The notes below the pieces were generated by a model. It had not been told where the DNA came from. It ran no database searches and saw only the letters and a list, made by a program, of their open reading frames with translations. A stretch of DNA of 62,415 bases, filler included, from Globobulimina sp. (Eukaryota), in NCBI GenBank assembly GCA_003354225.1. It is 31 parts of 31 records of this genome, joined end to end, with 100 filler letters (N's around TTAATTAATTAA, not from the genome) between each part and the next. Parts side by side here need not be neighbours in the genome. Positions count along the whole stretch, not along the records: positions 1 to 1,918 come from PIVH01010605.1; positions 2,019 to 3,936 come from PIVH01010606.1; positions 4,037 to 5,954 come from PIVH01010607.1; positions 6,055 to 7,972 come from PIVH01010608.1; positions 8,073 to 9,990 come from PIVH01010609.1; positions 10,091 to 12,008 come from PIVH01010610.1; positions 12,109 to 14,026 come from PIVH01010611.1; 24 more parts are not named here. One strand, 5' to 3'. This document shows, piece after piece, positions 1 through 12,898 of the stretch. The translations under genes were made by a program, and so were the position numbers. Positions within the stretch are counted from its first letter, which is position 1. Each line of letters opens with the position of its first letter.

Positions 1-1918
1 TATATTCACAGTTGAATATTTGAGTGAATTCTTACGAATTCATAATTTAATCACTGACATGGAAGTAAAATATAAAGGAGATACGTACAGATTTGATGAT
101 TTATGTTATCGATACACAAATGGAAATTGCCAGATTCAATCCATTCTGCAATTTTATGATTTTAATCAAACACTTATAAATGAGGCATTTAACGCAGCCG
201 ACAATCCTATAATATTTCCATCACAGTTTTCTTATTACAGTGACGATAATGTTCTGATGGTGTTATTGTTAGGACAGAGCATATCGTATGACCTGAATAA
301 TCATATCACTGCAACCCCGGCTCTCGCAGCCTTCTATATGATGGATTATACATTGTTTGGTGATGAATTATTGACGGCGTGGGAAGATAAATATATTTCC
401 CTCATGCAGCAAGAAAGTGATTCCAATTCAATCTTTGATATAACATTCCAAGCAGAGGGCTCATTCAATTTGGAATTATCTCGCAATTTATCCTCAGATA
501 TACCATCTTTTGTAATAGCTTTTGTTTTGATTGGTGTGTTTGCCTCATTTATATTGATGCGATTTACGAGGAATCCAACAGGAAAAGGCTTGTGTTCCTA
601 TAAAATAGATCCGTTGCGAAATAGATCACAGTTAGTTATCATGGGTATAATATCCACAATATGCGCTATCTTTGGTTCCTTTGGTGTAGTTGGTGGATTT
701 TTCGGTGTGAAATGGAATCCGGTCGTTGCTGTTAGTCCTTTTTTGTTGGTTGGTTTAGGAGGTTTGTAAATGTACATTACAAAAATAACAAAAATACAAA
801 TCTACTTCACAAAAATACATAGTGGATGATATGTTTGTGTTATTGCGAGCGTACGAATTGACAAATCCGAATGATTCCATTGCAGACAGGATTGCTTTGA
901 CAATGGAACGAGGCGGAATCTCCATACTGTTTACATCCATTACAGATTTAGTTGCGTTTTGTGTTGGTGCTACGTCTTCGTTTGGTTCTGTTTCTGCATT
1001 TTGTTTATACTGCGGTGTAGGTGTATTCTTCGTATGTTATATTTATATTATATAATTATCTACATTCATGACAGTGATGCTTGTGATATTATCCACATTC
1101 TAAATATATACAAAATTGTTCTAAACGTTGTCCCAACTTGACAAGCATCACTGCACTGTATCATATATTTATCATATTATATCAATATTTAAATAACAGG
1201 ATTTTGTATTTCAAGTCACTTTTTTTCTTGGAATGATGGTATACGATTCGCGACCAGACACGTGCTGTATTTGCTGTGTTTGTGGCGAAAAGAAAAACGA
1301 AAACAAAAACGAAAACGAACAAGTCACAAATACAGTTGAGAAGAATGAGAAAGAGCTTCAAGTTGTTATTGTTGATATTGATATTGATGTGAATGATACA
1401 AATGTTCTATTATCATATATGATTAATATTGAGTCCGCATCGATAATCATGAAGAAATTAGCACACTTAATATTAGGTTCAGTTTTAGTAAAAATATTAA
1501 TTTTATTATTATTTGTTGGATATTTAGTTGGTGCCTCTGTTGGCGTTACGATGTTATATGCATCGCAAGACCCAGCTGATTTACTGCCAAATGACTCGTA
1601 TTTGAGTAAATATTTCGAAACTTATGAAGTGTATTTTGATCAAATCGGACAACAATTAAAAATTGTGTTTGATAAACATTTGGATTACAGTGATGATGCG
1701 GTGTTTAACAGAATCAATGAGTTGGTGCTTGATCTCCGAAAGGATGAATGTTTCGCGGCAGCGCCATATCTGACCTCGTCATGGATACATTCATATCGAC
1801 AGTATTTATTAAATCATTATGGAAACAATACAAATTCATCATTATTTTATAATGTATTATATTTAGAATATTTAGTGTCCGAAGAAGGTGAATCGTTCAT
1901 TGATGATATATGGAATAC
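1..1918 (+). CDS. Patched/NPC1-family sterol-sensing-domain protein, internal fragment with 2 introns
   Basis: Spliced product reads PFLLVGLG|VDDMFVLL...ERGGISILFTSITDLVAFCVG...AFCLYCGVGVFF|DFVFQVTFF, then DLLPNDSYL. Introns ~763-822 and ~1032-1199 (GT-AG). Confidence 0.9.
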
Positions 1919-2018
1919 NNNNNNNNNNNNNNNNNNNNNNNNNNNNNNNNNNNNNNNNNNNNTTAATTAATTAANNNNNNNNNNNNNNNNNNNNNNNNNN
2001 NNNNNNNNNNNNNNNNNN
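1919..2018. other. Artificial contig linker (first of 30)
   Basis: 44 N + TTAATTAATTAA (stops in all six frames) + 44 N. Recurs at 3937, 5955, 7973, 9991, 12009, 14027, 16045, 18063, 20080, 22097, 24114, 26131, 28148, 30165, 32181, 34197, 36213, 38229, 40245, 42261, 44277, 46293, 48309, 50325, 52341, 54356, 56371, 58386 and 60401. Confidence 0.99.
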
Positions 2019-2311
2019 CATTGGGTTTCTATATGTTGCTGAAATTTATATCAAATACAAACATTAATGAAATCGAATTTGCTTAAAATTGGCAAACAGA
2101 CTAATTAGCACACCAGGAACAACATACTAAGAGCTTTCCTGCTCAATCAATAGTCAATACAAACTGAACAAGGTTTTCAGCTTGCATGGTTACATATTCT
2201 TGTTATTTAGTATTCTTGCATTCACAGAAACAAAAGTTTTATTTTTTGCCAAAAAAATGGAATATTATTTATAGTGACGTTGTTAAAGTTAAATATTTAT
2301 TATTTAATAAT

Positions 2312-3754
2312 TTATTTTGTGATACAAATCAAAGGAAGCAGCAGACTGACACTAAATGAATAAATCGCAGCGGTAATAAAGTATATGTCTCTATATCCAA
2401 GCAAACTAATTAAGCATCCTCCAGCCGCAGCAGATAATGTCCAAACAGTAGAATTGACACTTTCCAATGCATTCCATTTGCCTCTGTTCTTTTTATCCAC
2501 ATGGTCCATCAACACTGCTTTTTCCAATGGATAGGCACAGTTCATTGTGGCAGTACGAATCACGTAGGCACTCACTACAATCATATTGGCATACTTTGTA
2601 ATCTTTTTTGTCGTCAACGCCATTACAATTAGACAACAAATGCCAAACAGCTTAAATGTAATAATACCCATAATCCGACTAGTTTTATTTGCAAATCGTT
2701 CCACTAAAATTGTACACATCGCAGTGGCAAAAGGAGTTGCAATATAAATGCTATTCAATGCAATGGGTTCTAAACCAATAACATCCTCAAAAAATATCGG
2801 AAAAAATTTCACCGTCATACCAGCGCCGGTCGCCATTGTTAATCTGTGACATAACATTATCCACGGAACCAAATAATTATATTTATGCTCTACAGCTACA
2901 ACACAAATCTCTTCTTTTTCATCATTAATTTTGGTCGTAAGGTTCAATGTTTTTGTATTGAACCCAAATATTAATATAATTAGAGGCAAGCACCATAATC
3001 CTAAGCCGGACAGCAAAACTATATTCATCTCATATATTCGCCAATGATTCCCTAAAAAAAAGAACATGGCAACAATGATAATTGGACCCAATGTGGATGC
3101 CATTGTGGTCACAAACCATTTAAATGAAAAAATAAAATCACGTTTTCCTTTCGGTATTAGATCGGCGAAGACCGTGCTTATTATGGTATTGCTAAACGAT
3201 GCACAAATTCCATACATAAATAACCAAATATAATATACAGATTTATAGAGGATATTTTGTATTTGATTTGCGTTTTTATCGTCATATTTGCTGTTGACAT
3301 AAAGCAATGTAAAACATCCAATTGGGACAACCAGAAATAAGCCAATAGTGCCACTAAAACGGATTATAGCTATTCTGGATATGTTGCTATCGGTTAATAT
3401 GCCGGCTATGATTGCAGCGACCAAGTACGCGCCACCTTGGATTGCCTCAATAAATCCTAACGTTTCTGTGGAATTACCACTGATTTGAAATATGTAGGTT
3501 GCTAATAATTGTCTGTTCCAAATAGAAATGGACGCGCCCCATAATAATGTATACGTTAGTATTAATTTGATATTATATGATAATTGTTTCCATTGAGCAC
3601 ACCATCCTTTAGATGGACCATATTTTACATCTATATTTTGATTGCAATTGATATCGATATCATCTTCCTGCAATAATGATGCGTTGGCACCTTGGATTGT
3701 TGTCAGTGATTCAGAAAGCTGAGACTTTGATGATCTCATTATTGTGTTGCGCAT
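2312..3754 (-). CDS. Major facilitator superfamily transporter
   Basis: About 12 hydrophobic segments; GILTDSNISR motif-A-like; VFADLIPKGKR and LMDHVDKKNRGKW. Intronless ORF; start codon uncertain. Confidence 0.85.
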   Translation of the reverse strand: MRNTIMRSSKSQLSESLTTIQGANASLLQEDDIDINCNQNIDVKYGPSKGWCAQWKQLSYNIKLILTYTLLWGASISIWNRQLLATYIFQISGNSTETLGFIEAIQGGAYLVAAIIAGILTDSNISRIAIIRFSGTIGLFLVVPIGCFTLLYVNSKYDDKNANQIQNILYKSVYYIWLFMYGICASFSNTIISTVFADLIPKGKRDFIFSFKWFVTTMASTLGPIIIVAMFFFLGNHWRIYEMNIVLLSGLGLWCLPLIILIFGFNTKTLNLTTKINDEKEEICVVAVEHKYNYLVPWIMLCHRLTMATGAGMTVKFFPIFFEDVIGLEPIALNSIYIATPFATAMCTILVERFANKTSRIMGIITFKLFGICCLIVMALTTKKITKYANMIVVSAYVIRTATMNCAYPLEKAVLMDHVDKKNRGKWNALESVNSTVWTLSAAAGGCLISLLGYRDIYFITAAIYSFSVSLLLPLICITK

Positions 3755-4038
3755 GTAATGTGTCGTAAGTATTTTAATTTTGAAAACCGGCGATGTCACA
3801 GTGTTTGTAGTATAATTTAGCGAATGTTTATAATAATTTTTATAATATGATATTGGAAGTTATTTGGTTTGTTATTTTATATAAATAGTGTATTTTTTAC
3901 TGTTTTTTCTTCATAGTTTGACAAAAACTAGTGTATNNNNNNNNNNNNNNNNNNNNNNNNNNNNNNNNNNNNNNNNNNNNTTAATTAATTAANNNNNNNN
4001 NNNNNNNNNNNNNNNNNNNNNNNNNNNNNNNNNNNNCA

Positions 4039-4923
4039 TTGCATGTGCAGCCAAAACCATTCTCAAAACAGCAAATAAAAAAGCACAACTTGCTGCATAT
4101 TATGAACATGGAAAATAGATTGCAAGCAATTGACTTATCTCTATACAAACAACCATTTGATTATAGAATATTGGCAAAGATTATCAACAAAGTTCCAACA
4201 CCAACACCAACAGCACATATCAAACAGATCCGGTCATTCATTTTGGACCAAACAGATTTTATTGTAAATGTAAACCATAAATACAGAGTTAACAATCAAG
4301 TGATTCCACTCAATGATCATTTTGAATATGACAATTTTTTAAATTCGATTAAGCTCATTGATAAATTTCAAGATTTTAGCGCGCAAATTGCAAATACATC
4401 CAATGTAACACTGCAAACTAAAGATTGCATTGATTTGTCTGTTAAACATAATAATTCAATATTGGTTATTTTGGGCGGAAACGCAAATAACATTTTAACT
4501 CATGATATTTTTCGACGAAGTATTGCAGCAATTTTGAATAAAAGTTTGTTGGATACCGCTGAAGGGATATACATGGAAAATGTTACAGTATTCCGGCAAA
4601 GTGATCGAAATGGATACAGATTCAAAAGGAAACAACAAACACTCCGGAAAGTGTTGTTTGCGTCGTTTCAGAATATTAACTGCGACCATCTGAACATATC
4701 GTTGAATGCAAGGCTTAATAATATTATTGGTTTTATATCATCGATAAGCAGTGCAACAGATAACATTATAATAGAATTTATGGAGAATACGTTTTCAAAT
4801 GAATCAACTGCGAATTGCATCGATCAAATTGATTCAAAACATATTGCACAGATCATCAAAAAGAGCGTAGTGAGAGTTGGAATGTCAGTTACACTGAATT
4901 TTAATGAGCAGCACAGCATCTAA
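4039..4923 (+). CDS. Divergent TIGR02452/DUF2263 (microbial-type PARG) homologue, probably inactive, 5' partial
   Basis: NVTLQTKDCIDL...DIFRRS...GIYMENVTVFRQSDRNGYRF resembles the family motifs as recalled; the GGG...QEE loop is absent. Confidence 0.5.
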   Translation: MHVQPKPFSKQQIKKHNLLHIMNMENRLQAIDLSLYKQPFDYRILAKIINKVPTPTPTAHIKQIRSFILDQTDFIVNVNHKYRVNNQVIPLNDHFEYDNFLNSIKLIDKFQDFSAQIANTSNVTLQTKDCIDLSVKHNNSILVILGGNANNILTHDIFRRSIAAILNKSLLDTAEGIYMENVTVFRQSDRNGYRFKRKQQTLRKVLFASFQNINCDHLNISLNARLNNIIGFISSISSATDNIIIEFMENTFSNESTANCIDQIDSKHIAQIIKKSVVRVGMSVTLNFNEQHSI

Positions 4924-5005
4924 TATCGATAGACTTTTCGTTCTTAATTGCCATATTTTAAAAGTTTTACTTTTTTTGACTTAACTTAAGTCGTAATTCG
5001 TGAGC

Positions 5006-5954
5006 ATGGGCAACATTCAGGCCAGTCCAGGCGTGGACAAAAGTGATTTAATACAATTATTTGCATTGGAACTACCATTTGATACGCAATTTGAGCGCCA
5101 ATTGGGCCAAGGAAAAATACTAAAAACGGCAAAAGTAAAATCGACCTCACGCGATGGACATCTTGTCATCAAAGTTTATGTGAAACCAATCTTATCCCAA
5201 TCGAACCAGCAACACATGGAAAAGCTGGAAGAATTTATTGAGAAAAATAAACAAAAATATTTCCACATTCAAAAGTCGTGGAACTTGGATGTTCAGCCCG
5301 GACTGATCCCACTTATCCCCATCGAGAACAAAGACAAAGTGCAGTCCCATTTGCACAGAGGTTACTTCCTCGGCCGCCAATATTTTACCTACAATTTGCT
5401 CGACCGCTTCAACACTCCGCCGTACCTCACCATCATTGAAAAGAAGTGGATCATTTACCAGTTACTCCGTTGCATCAAACAAGCGCATGACAGCAGCATC
5501 GTTCACGGCGACATTAAGTCTGAAAACATCTTACTAACTTCGTGGGGCTGGTGCTTCCTCACTGATTTCAACCCATATAAGCCGGACAACATCCCCTTTG
5601 ACGACCCGTTCCAATGGAGCCAGTTCTTTGAGGACAGCAGGTCACACCCTTCCATTTCTATGCATATCTGCCTCTTCATGGCGCAAATTCGCTGCACACA
5701 GACGGCCGCGTTGCTACCTGGCGCCCGAACGATTTTACACGGGCAAAAACGACGGGTCTTCGGCCGCCACGCTGTTGCCGGTGAGCGACATGTTCAGCTT
5801 AGGATGCGTGATTGCGGAGATATTCATGGATGGGCAGGTTTTGTTTGATTTGTCGCAATTGCTCAAGTACAAAACGCACGGCTTTGACCAGTACGATCCC
5901 ACGGTATTGCTGGCCAAGAAAATCGACGATAAACAGGTGCGCGAACTGATTGAG
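5006..5954 (+). CDS. VPS15: VPS15/PIK3R4 N-terminal kinase-like domain, 3' partial
   Basis: MGN start (myristoylation Gly); GRQYFTYNLLDRFNTPPYLTIIEKKWIIYQLL; HGDIKSENILLTSWGW. Intron 5641-5701 restores DSRRPRCYLAPERF. Confidence 0.92.
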
Positions 5955-6054
5955 NNNNNNNNNNNNNNNNNNNNNNNNNNNNNNNNNNNNNNNNNNNNTT
6001 AATTAATTAANNNNNNNNNNNNNNNNNNNNNNNNNNNNNNNNNNNNNNNNNNNN

Positions 6055-7311
6055 TTAACTGCAGAAAAAATGCAAAAAAATGTAGATATTTCCAACAGAA
6101 AATATAGATTTAAAACATATAAACAATGTTTTATTGCCAGGGAAGCAATCCATGTTATTATTAATTTAACATTAGCATCAAATGTGCAGCAAGCCATTGC
6201 GTTTGGAAATAAATTGATGGCAAACAATATTATTAAACATGTACAACGTTTAAAAGAATTTAAAAATGGCTATTTTTTTTATGAATTTATCCCTGGTTAC
6301 AATGCTTCAAAATCCCTTACTTTACCACAAAACATACAAAATGTATTGTCGTCCTCTGCCAATCTTCAATTTAATGCGCAATTATTTGCATGTCATCAAC
6401 CAAAAAAACCCGAAAACGATATGCAACAAACAAGCATGAAAAAAAATGGACAAACCCAAGAAAAAGAAGAAAAAAAAGAAGAAGTACAGATTGAAAACGT
6501 GATTGACGAAAAAGAAGAAATCGAAGAATATCCGATTGGCGAATATATGGTGCCATTAAAAGCATTATTTGCCGGCGGACATCCTGGCTACAAAACAGAT
6601 TTGCAATTACAAGATGTAAATAGAGGGATCATTGGCATTCAATTAAAGTGTAAAGAGGTCGTAAACGATGAGGATGAAATGTTTACGTCTTATAATTACA
6701 TTGTCGACGTACAGGTATTTACAGGTTTTAATTTAGTTAAAACAGCCGCGAATTTATCTGCTTTTGTTGTGATTACTGCTTTGGATGAAACCCAAAAAAC
6801 AAAGGCAGTACAATATAATAGAAATTTTGTTGAATGGAATGAAAAATTAAATTTTGTGCTTGATGAACAACCCGAAATGCTATATTTTAATGTATATAAT
6901 ACAACGGATAAAGAGCGCAATGATAATGAGGATAAGGATGGGTATAAAATAAATATTGATGTAATATCTGGTTCTAATTTGAATATGTCGTTATTGCCAA
7001 TTACATATAATCCGTTTGTTGTTATTAAAGTATTAAATCAAGAATTCGAAACGAATAAAATTATGAATAATTCAGATCCAAAATGGAATCAAAGCAAACA
7101 ATTTGTTTTTAAGAAAACAGACAATTATAATGAGCTCAAACAAATATTATTTCAAGTTTATAATAATCGGCAATCGCCAGAGATTGCGCAGTTACTCGGT
7201 GAGGCGTATTATGATATTAATCAACAGAAAAATGGTAAAGTTGTAGATTTGGTGATCGTCAATGGAAAAGGAGCTGGAATAAAAGTTAAAGTGGATGCTG
7301 ATGCACAATAA
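6055..7311 (+). CDS. DEP domain + tandem C2 domain protein, 5' partial
   Basis: RKYRFKTYKQCF...QAIAFGNKLMANNIIKHV...FKNGYFFYEF (DEP). Two C2-like segments: AFVVI...KTK...EWNEKLNF and NPFVVIKV...NNSDPKWNQ. Confidence 0.8.
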   Translation, partial: LTAEKMQKNVDISNRKYRFKTYKQCFIAREAIHVIINLTLASNVQQAIAFGNKLMANNIIKHVQRLKEFKNGYFFYEFIPGYNASKSLTLPQNIQNVLSSSANLQFNAQLFACHQPKKPENDMQQTSMKKNGQTQEKEEKKEEVQIENVIDEKEEIEEYPIGEYMVPLKALFAGGHPGYKTDLQLQDVNRGIIGIQLKCKEVVNDEDEMFTSYNYIVDVQVFTGFNLVKTAANLSAFVVITALDETQKTKAVQYNRNFVEWNEKLNFVLDEQPEMLYFNVYNTTDKERNDNEDKDGYKINIDVISGSNLNMSLLPITYNPFVVIKVLNQEFETNKIMNNSDPKWNQSKQFVFKKTDNYNELKQILFQVYNNRQSPEIAQLLGEAYYDINQQKNGKVVDLVIVNGKGAGIKVKVDADAQ

Positions 7312-7653
7312 GTGGAGTACTATTTATTTATTTATTTGTTATTTGGTGCCTTATTTTCAAATTATATCTAAAATTATATCTTTATATCACTATATTAGTT
7401 TATTTTGGTTTTTGTTGTTGTTTTGTTGCTAATTTTATGTTGAAGTACTATGTGCTCAAAATTTGTTAATTAGTTTGCCTTACTTTTCCCTGTAGATTGG
7501 ATGAGAAGGATTTGGTTTCAGACTATCCTTGCACATAAAGGGAATCTGCTGAGAAATTGTGCACTGAGTGCGAGGATAAGAAAAAATGAACACTTTTGAC
7601 CAAAGGTGCTGAAGCTCAAAATTTAAACATTTCGTGTATACATTTATTGTTTT

Positions 7654-7972
7654 TTATGCTTCCGCATTACTATTTATTAATTCGATTGTTTCCTGTTGTA
7701 ATTGATTGTCATCATCGTTAATATTTTTATATTGTAATTGCGATGAGCCTCCACACGGCCCCGTTGTTAGTGAGTCAATGTGACTATGATTAAACATAAC
7801 AGATGTTTTATTACTGGACTGTCCGTCAATTGTTTCATTTTTATTCTGTTTATTAATAACTGCAGTATTCCTTAAATACGGCAATATATCAAATATCAAA
7901 ATAATATAAGCTGATATTAACATCATTACTGATATGATAACATACTGCGTCATAACATTTTGATGGCTTTTT
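7654..7972 (-). CDS. C-terminal fragment of a membrane protein
   Basis: Hydrophobic helix followed by a polar tail; open towards the contig edge. Confidence 0.45.
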
Positions 7973-8245
7973 NNNNNNNNNNNNNNNNNNNNNNNNNNNN
8001 NNNNNNNNNNNNNNNNTTAATTAATTAANNNNNNNNNNNNNNNNNNNNNNNNNNNNNNNNNNNNNNNNNNNNATGTTTTAGGACTGAGTTTAATTAAATT
8101 TACAACATCAAAACTTTTTTTTTAGTCAGTTTAGTGTGAACAGCTCAAGAATTATGCTGAAAAATAAAAGATGTCTTTACAAAATTGAAATGTAGATATA
8201 ATACTAAATAATACAACTGTACACAACTATATGCAAAATGGTTTA

Positions 8246-9990
8246 TCATTTATAATACAAATTGTTTGTTTTTAACAAATTATAAAATCTTGAACTTTGA
8301 TTCTTGACTAAATTATTTGGTTTATCATATTCTAATATTTTCCCATTTTCTAATAATAAAATATAATCATAATCCAAAATAGTTTGCAATCTATGAGCAA
8401 TACAAATTACTGTGGTATCTTCAAATTTTTCTGATCGTATTAATTTTTGTATAATATTATTAGTCAATTTATCGATGGAAGAACATGGTTCATCCATGAA
8501 AATGATGTTTGTTTTTTTTAAGATTGCTCTCGCAAAACAGATTAACTGTTGTTCTCCGACTGAAAAATTTGAACCCTGTGCTTCTACATTACAATAAAGT
8601 TTGTTTGGCCGATTAGATATTAAACCAAATAATTGAACATCCTTCAATGCCTCCCATATTTCCTCATCATCGCATTCCTTAAATGGATCTAAATTAAATC
8701 TTAACGTTCCTGTGAATATTATTGGTGTTTGCATTATTATTGAGATTGAACTACGCAAATCAAACAAACCCAATTGATAAATATTTAATGTATCAATAAC
8801 AACATCACTGTCCATTGAAGGTTCAAATAATCGAAATATGGAAACTAATATGGATGATTTACCACTGCCCGTTTGGCCACAAATGCCCAGTTTGCCACCA
8901 TGCTTAATAGCAATATCTTTAATATTTAATTGAAATGTTTCCCAATGTTTGCGATATTTTAATTGTAATTTGTTTATATTAATATCACTAACCGCTGGCC
9001 ACTGATTCCTGGCATTCTTTGCATAGTTTTCATACTTTATACTTTTTTGTTTTTTCGATTTGTAAATCTCATCAATATTTTCTTCATTGCAATAAAAAAA
9101 CATTCTTTGTAGCGACACAACAGCCACATCCAGGTCTGCTACGGCAAGGGTTGCAGTTTGGAGTTGGGAAAATAATGACATATACCACCAAATCGATAAT
9201 AATAGAAATTCTAAATTTTGTTGGCTGTTAAAATATAATATTTTGAACCCGAAAGATATGATAAAAATCAATAAAGCAAAGTTTAAAAATAATTGTTGAT
9301 ACAATTGAAGCCACGCAAAAACACTTCGCGATGAATATTTACATTTATAAACAGTATCAATTCGATGTTTAAGCATGTTTGAGAAATAATGTTCCAATTT
9401 ATAAGCTCGAATTGAATCTAAACTTGTAATTGATTCATTAAATAATGATAAAATCGGTGACAATGACATTTGTGCTAATACAGTTAACGGATAATACGTT
9501 TTTTTGAATTTACGATAAATAATAAAAGATATCGGAAATACAAAAAATACGAACATTAAAAGTACTGCCGGTGTTATAATTGTATTCAGCAGAAAATATC
9601 CAAACACTGTGCTCCAATTAACAAAGACATAAAATAACCATTGCGGCACATCGTTATCCATACAATTTGTGTCTGATGCTAATATATTTAATAATTGTCC
9701 TCTGGCGACAACATCGAAAAATAAAGTATTACATTTTAATATATTTAAAAATGTTTTTGTGAATATTGAATACGAGGCTTTTATTAAAATGGTGCTAATG
9801 TAATAAAGCAAAATAAAAAACGCAGCGGAGATAATTGCTAATAATAAAAGCCATATTCCCAAATACCAGGCAAGCTGAGCTGTTTGTGTCTGAATTGCAA
9901 CGGTGTCGACTTGTTGACGCCAAATTAATATCCAAATATCACATAAAAACAATGCACATGTAACTAAAAATAAAATAAATATGATGATTA
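8246..9990 (-). CDS. ABCC/MRP-type ABC transporter, C-terminal TMD2-NBD2
   Basis: Walker A GQTGSGKSS, GTLRFNLDPF, signature NFSVGEQQL, Walker B IFMDE, IAHRL. Confidence 0.93.
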
Positions 9991-10090
9991 NNNNNNNNNN
10001 NNNNNNNNNNNNNNNNNNNNNNNNNNNNNNNNNNTTAATTAATTAANNNNNNNNNNNNNNNNNNNNNNNNNNNNNNNNNNNNNNNNNNNN

Positions 10091-10665
10091 TAAAATATTT
10101 AAAATTTATGATTGATGAAGAGATTGCTAATAAATTTATATTATCCCTTCCTTCGCAAATTGATGCTTATATTTTACGTTTATTTCATCATTTTGCTATT
10201 AATGTTGGTGAGGTTATTATTAATTTGGATTGGATGGATATTGAGTTTTGGGGAAAGACACAATTTGGATTTAAAAAATTCCGATGTTTATTTTTTCGGG
10301 ATATTAAAGATAATAATACTTTGAATATACTTTATTTCTTAACATTTTTAAAAAATTTAAAATCATTTACAATATATCATCGAGATCGTGGTTATAAAAA
10401 AGCAATATTAATAAATGCAATTTTTTTACAAGAAATATTAGAAATTATTAAATATATTGATAATGATAAATATTTACGAAAATCATTTGAAAAAATTGTG
10501 ATTGTAAATCCAAAATTGGAGAAATCATATAATGTACAAAAGATAATTAAACAACATAATGCAGCATTTGTTGATTGCGGATGGGAATTAATACAAATTA
10601 CTTATAAAGATCCACAATTATCAGGACAATGTGAAGAAACATTGTGTATTAAAAAAACTGTTTAA
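10091..10665 (+). CDS. Hypothetical protein, C-terminal fragment
   Basis: 185-aa ORF in very AT-rich DNA; no recognised motif. Confidence 0.55.
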
Positions 10666-11080
10666 AATTGCTATATGTTTTTGTTGTGTTTTTTTTTACT
10701 TATTATTATTTCTATCTTTCCATTGAATTTGTGCTTATATCAAGATTCAAGAATACTAAACCAAATGGTCAGTAACCGAACAATTATTAAACGATATATC
10801 TCATTACATAACTCCCCCATGGCGACAAGTTGTATACATTTTATACAGAAACGGTTTGTGATAGCTTTGTCTTAGGTTTGCAAATCCAGCACAAAGTTAT
10901 AACAAATGTATAGTTGAATTTTCGGTGTACAAAGAGGTGAGTTATATCCAATGGGATATATCGTTAAAGTATAATATTAAGTACATTTCACACACACAAT
11001 CAAAATAATATTATATAAAAGCAATGTACATATGTTAATAATATATGTATAATATTTAATTATACGCAAAATCATTATAA

Positions 11081-12008
11081 TTATTTCTGGACAGAATCCC
11101 AAAAGCCATATTTTGATAAAAGTTGAAATGAATGTATCATTTCTTTAATATCAATTTGTGGATTTTCTGTGATAAATTCGGCGATATCAATCGGCATTGA
11201 ATTACTTTTACTGTGCGCTAAAACAATCGGAAGTCGTTTTTCTTTATTAATACCATCCAATGACGGCGATGCTTCGTATTCCACATCAAAATCCAATTCA
11301 TTCTCATTTCCTTTCTGCTCATGTTTACTATATATACGTACATACAGTATACGTTCGAAAATATGCAAATTATAATAAGTTGATTACATAAATACGGTAC
11401 ATGTGCCATCTTAACATTATATAACAACTAAACTTTGTAAAATCCGCTTTAAAATTGTTCATAACTGATCGCCGCAATACTTTCTCGCCGCTGCTAACTA
11501 TCATTCTATTAAGACTCACACTGTTGCTATACATGTGGGCATGCACTGATATTATAAATCACAAATATAAAACAAATCACATTCGATATTGCATATAAAA
11601 AGTATGATAACTTGAATTTGTTGCAAGTGCGGGACTTTGTGGTGTCTTTGAATTAGAATTTGGCGTCGCAGCAACGTTAACTGTATTGTCTTCAGAAACT
11701 GTTTTTATTTTTCGTTAACGTTTCTGTATTGAGCAATTATGTAATTTATAAAAATAAAAACTGCACAAACCTTTAGACTCAACATCAATTTGTAAACCTT
11801 CTGTTTGTTTGCTGTATTCGATAATTACCAAATCTTTGTCATCCTCATCAGAATCTTGCTCTTTGTTTAATGCATTTCGTGTTATATCTTGTAAACGAGG
11901 CTGTGATTGTTCGTCAGTTGGAGTCTGAACAATAATTTCCTTTTTTTCCTTTGATACTGACGTTAATTCGACAAGATTTGGTAAATTTGCATCATCATTT
12001 GTATCATC
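11081..12008 (-). CDS. Multi-exon hypothetical protein fragment
   Basis: Acidic coding-like segments (e.g. NELDFDVEYEASPSLDG) separated by AT-rich intron-like gaps; exon boundaries not resolved. Confidence 0.4.
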
Positions 12009-12108
12009 NNNNNNNNNNNNNNNNNNNNNNNNNNNNNNNNNNNNNNNNNNNNTTAATTAATTAANNNNNNNNNNNNNNNNNNNNNNNNNNNNNNNNNNNN
12101 NNNNNNNN

Positions 12109-12898
12109 CAATAGCCATATACCTATTTTTGGGCCATATGGATGATTTGTTTTTATTCCATATTTTCTGCAATAAAGGATGTCTTTTTTTGCTTTTCTGT
12201 ACAGTTTTATGTATGGTACAATTTGATACAGTTTCTTTTATCGAGGACAACGGTTTTAATTTTTGTTCAATATTTATGGACTTAAAGGACGTCGTTGGTG
12301 TTTTCGATAAACGGAGTTGATTCTTTTTGATATTATTGGTTTGTGTTTCTGCGTTAATTTGTTTTTCTTGTTTTTCTTCGTTTCCGTCTTCGTTGAGCTC
12401 AGAAAATAATGTATCAATCATTACTCTCTTAAATGGTGCAGATTTATTCTCATTTTTAGCTGCATTTTGTTTATGTGTTTCTGCGTCGACCGCTGAGTGC
12501 GTTCGTTTGTGGCTGTGCTTGGATGAAGGTGTTGCATTTATTGCTGCTGTTTGCATATTATTTGTAGATATTTTGTGATTATTATTTATTTTCACTACAT
12601 TGTCTTTTATAGGTTTCATAAAAATGGGGCCCGATGTTGTTTTATGATGATGTCGTTTGGTTTCATTTGAATATTTTTTATTCTTTATGGAATTTTTAGG
12701 TGGCTCAGCTTTATGAATGGCAGTAGATTGTTCCTGTAATATTTTGAAATATTTTGAACATTTCGACCAGTTTAAGCCTGGAATGTTTTTTTGTTTGCTG
12801 AATATGATAAGTTGTGTAGGATTTGCGGGTCGAATGGATCGTTGTTCAACATATTTCAGAAATGCGTGATGGACACTTGGGAAGTCTGTTGTTGACAT
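12109..12898 (-). CDS. Hypothetical basic low-complexity protein, 3' partial
   Basis: ATG at 12898, about 263 codons open to the contig edge. Confidence 0.65.

Noticed and set aside
5641-5701. Apparent frameshifts in VPS15 and similarly in the DHHC, PAE, GH130, HSPA12, CDPK and Patched genes
   Set aside because: Explained by canonical short GT-AG introns that restore conserved motifs.
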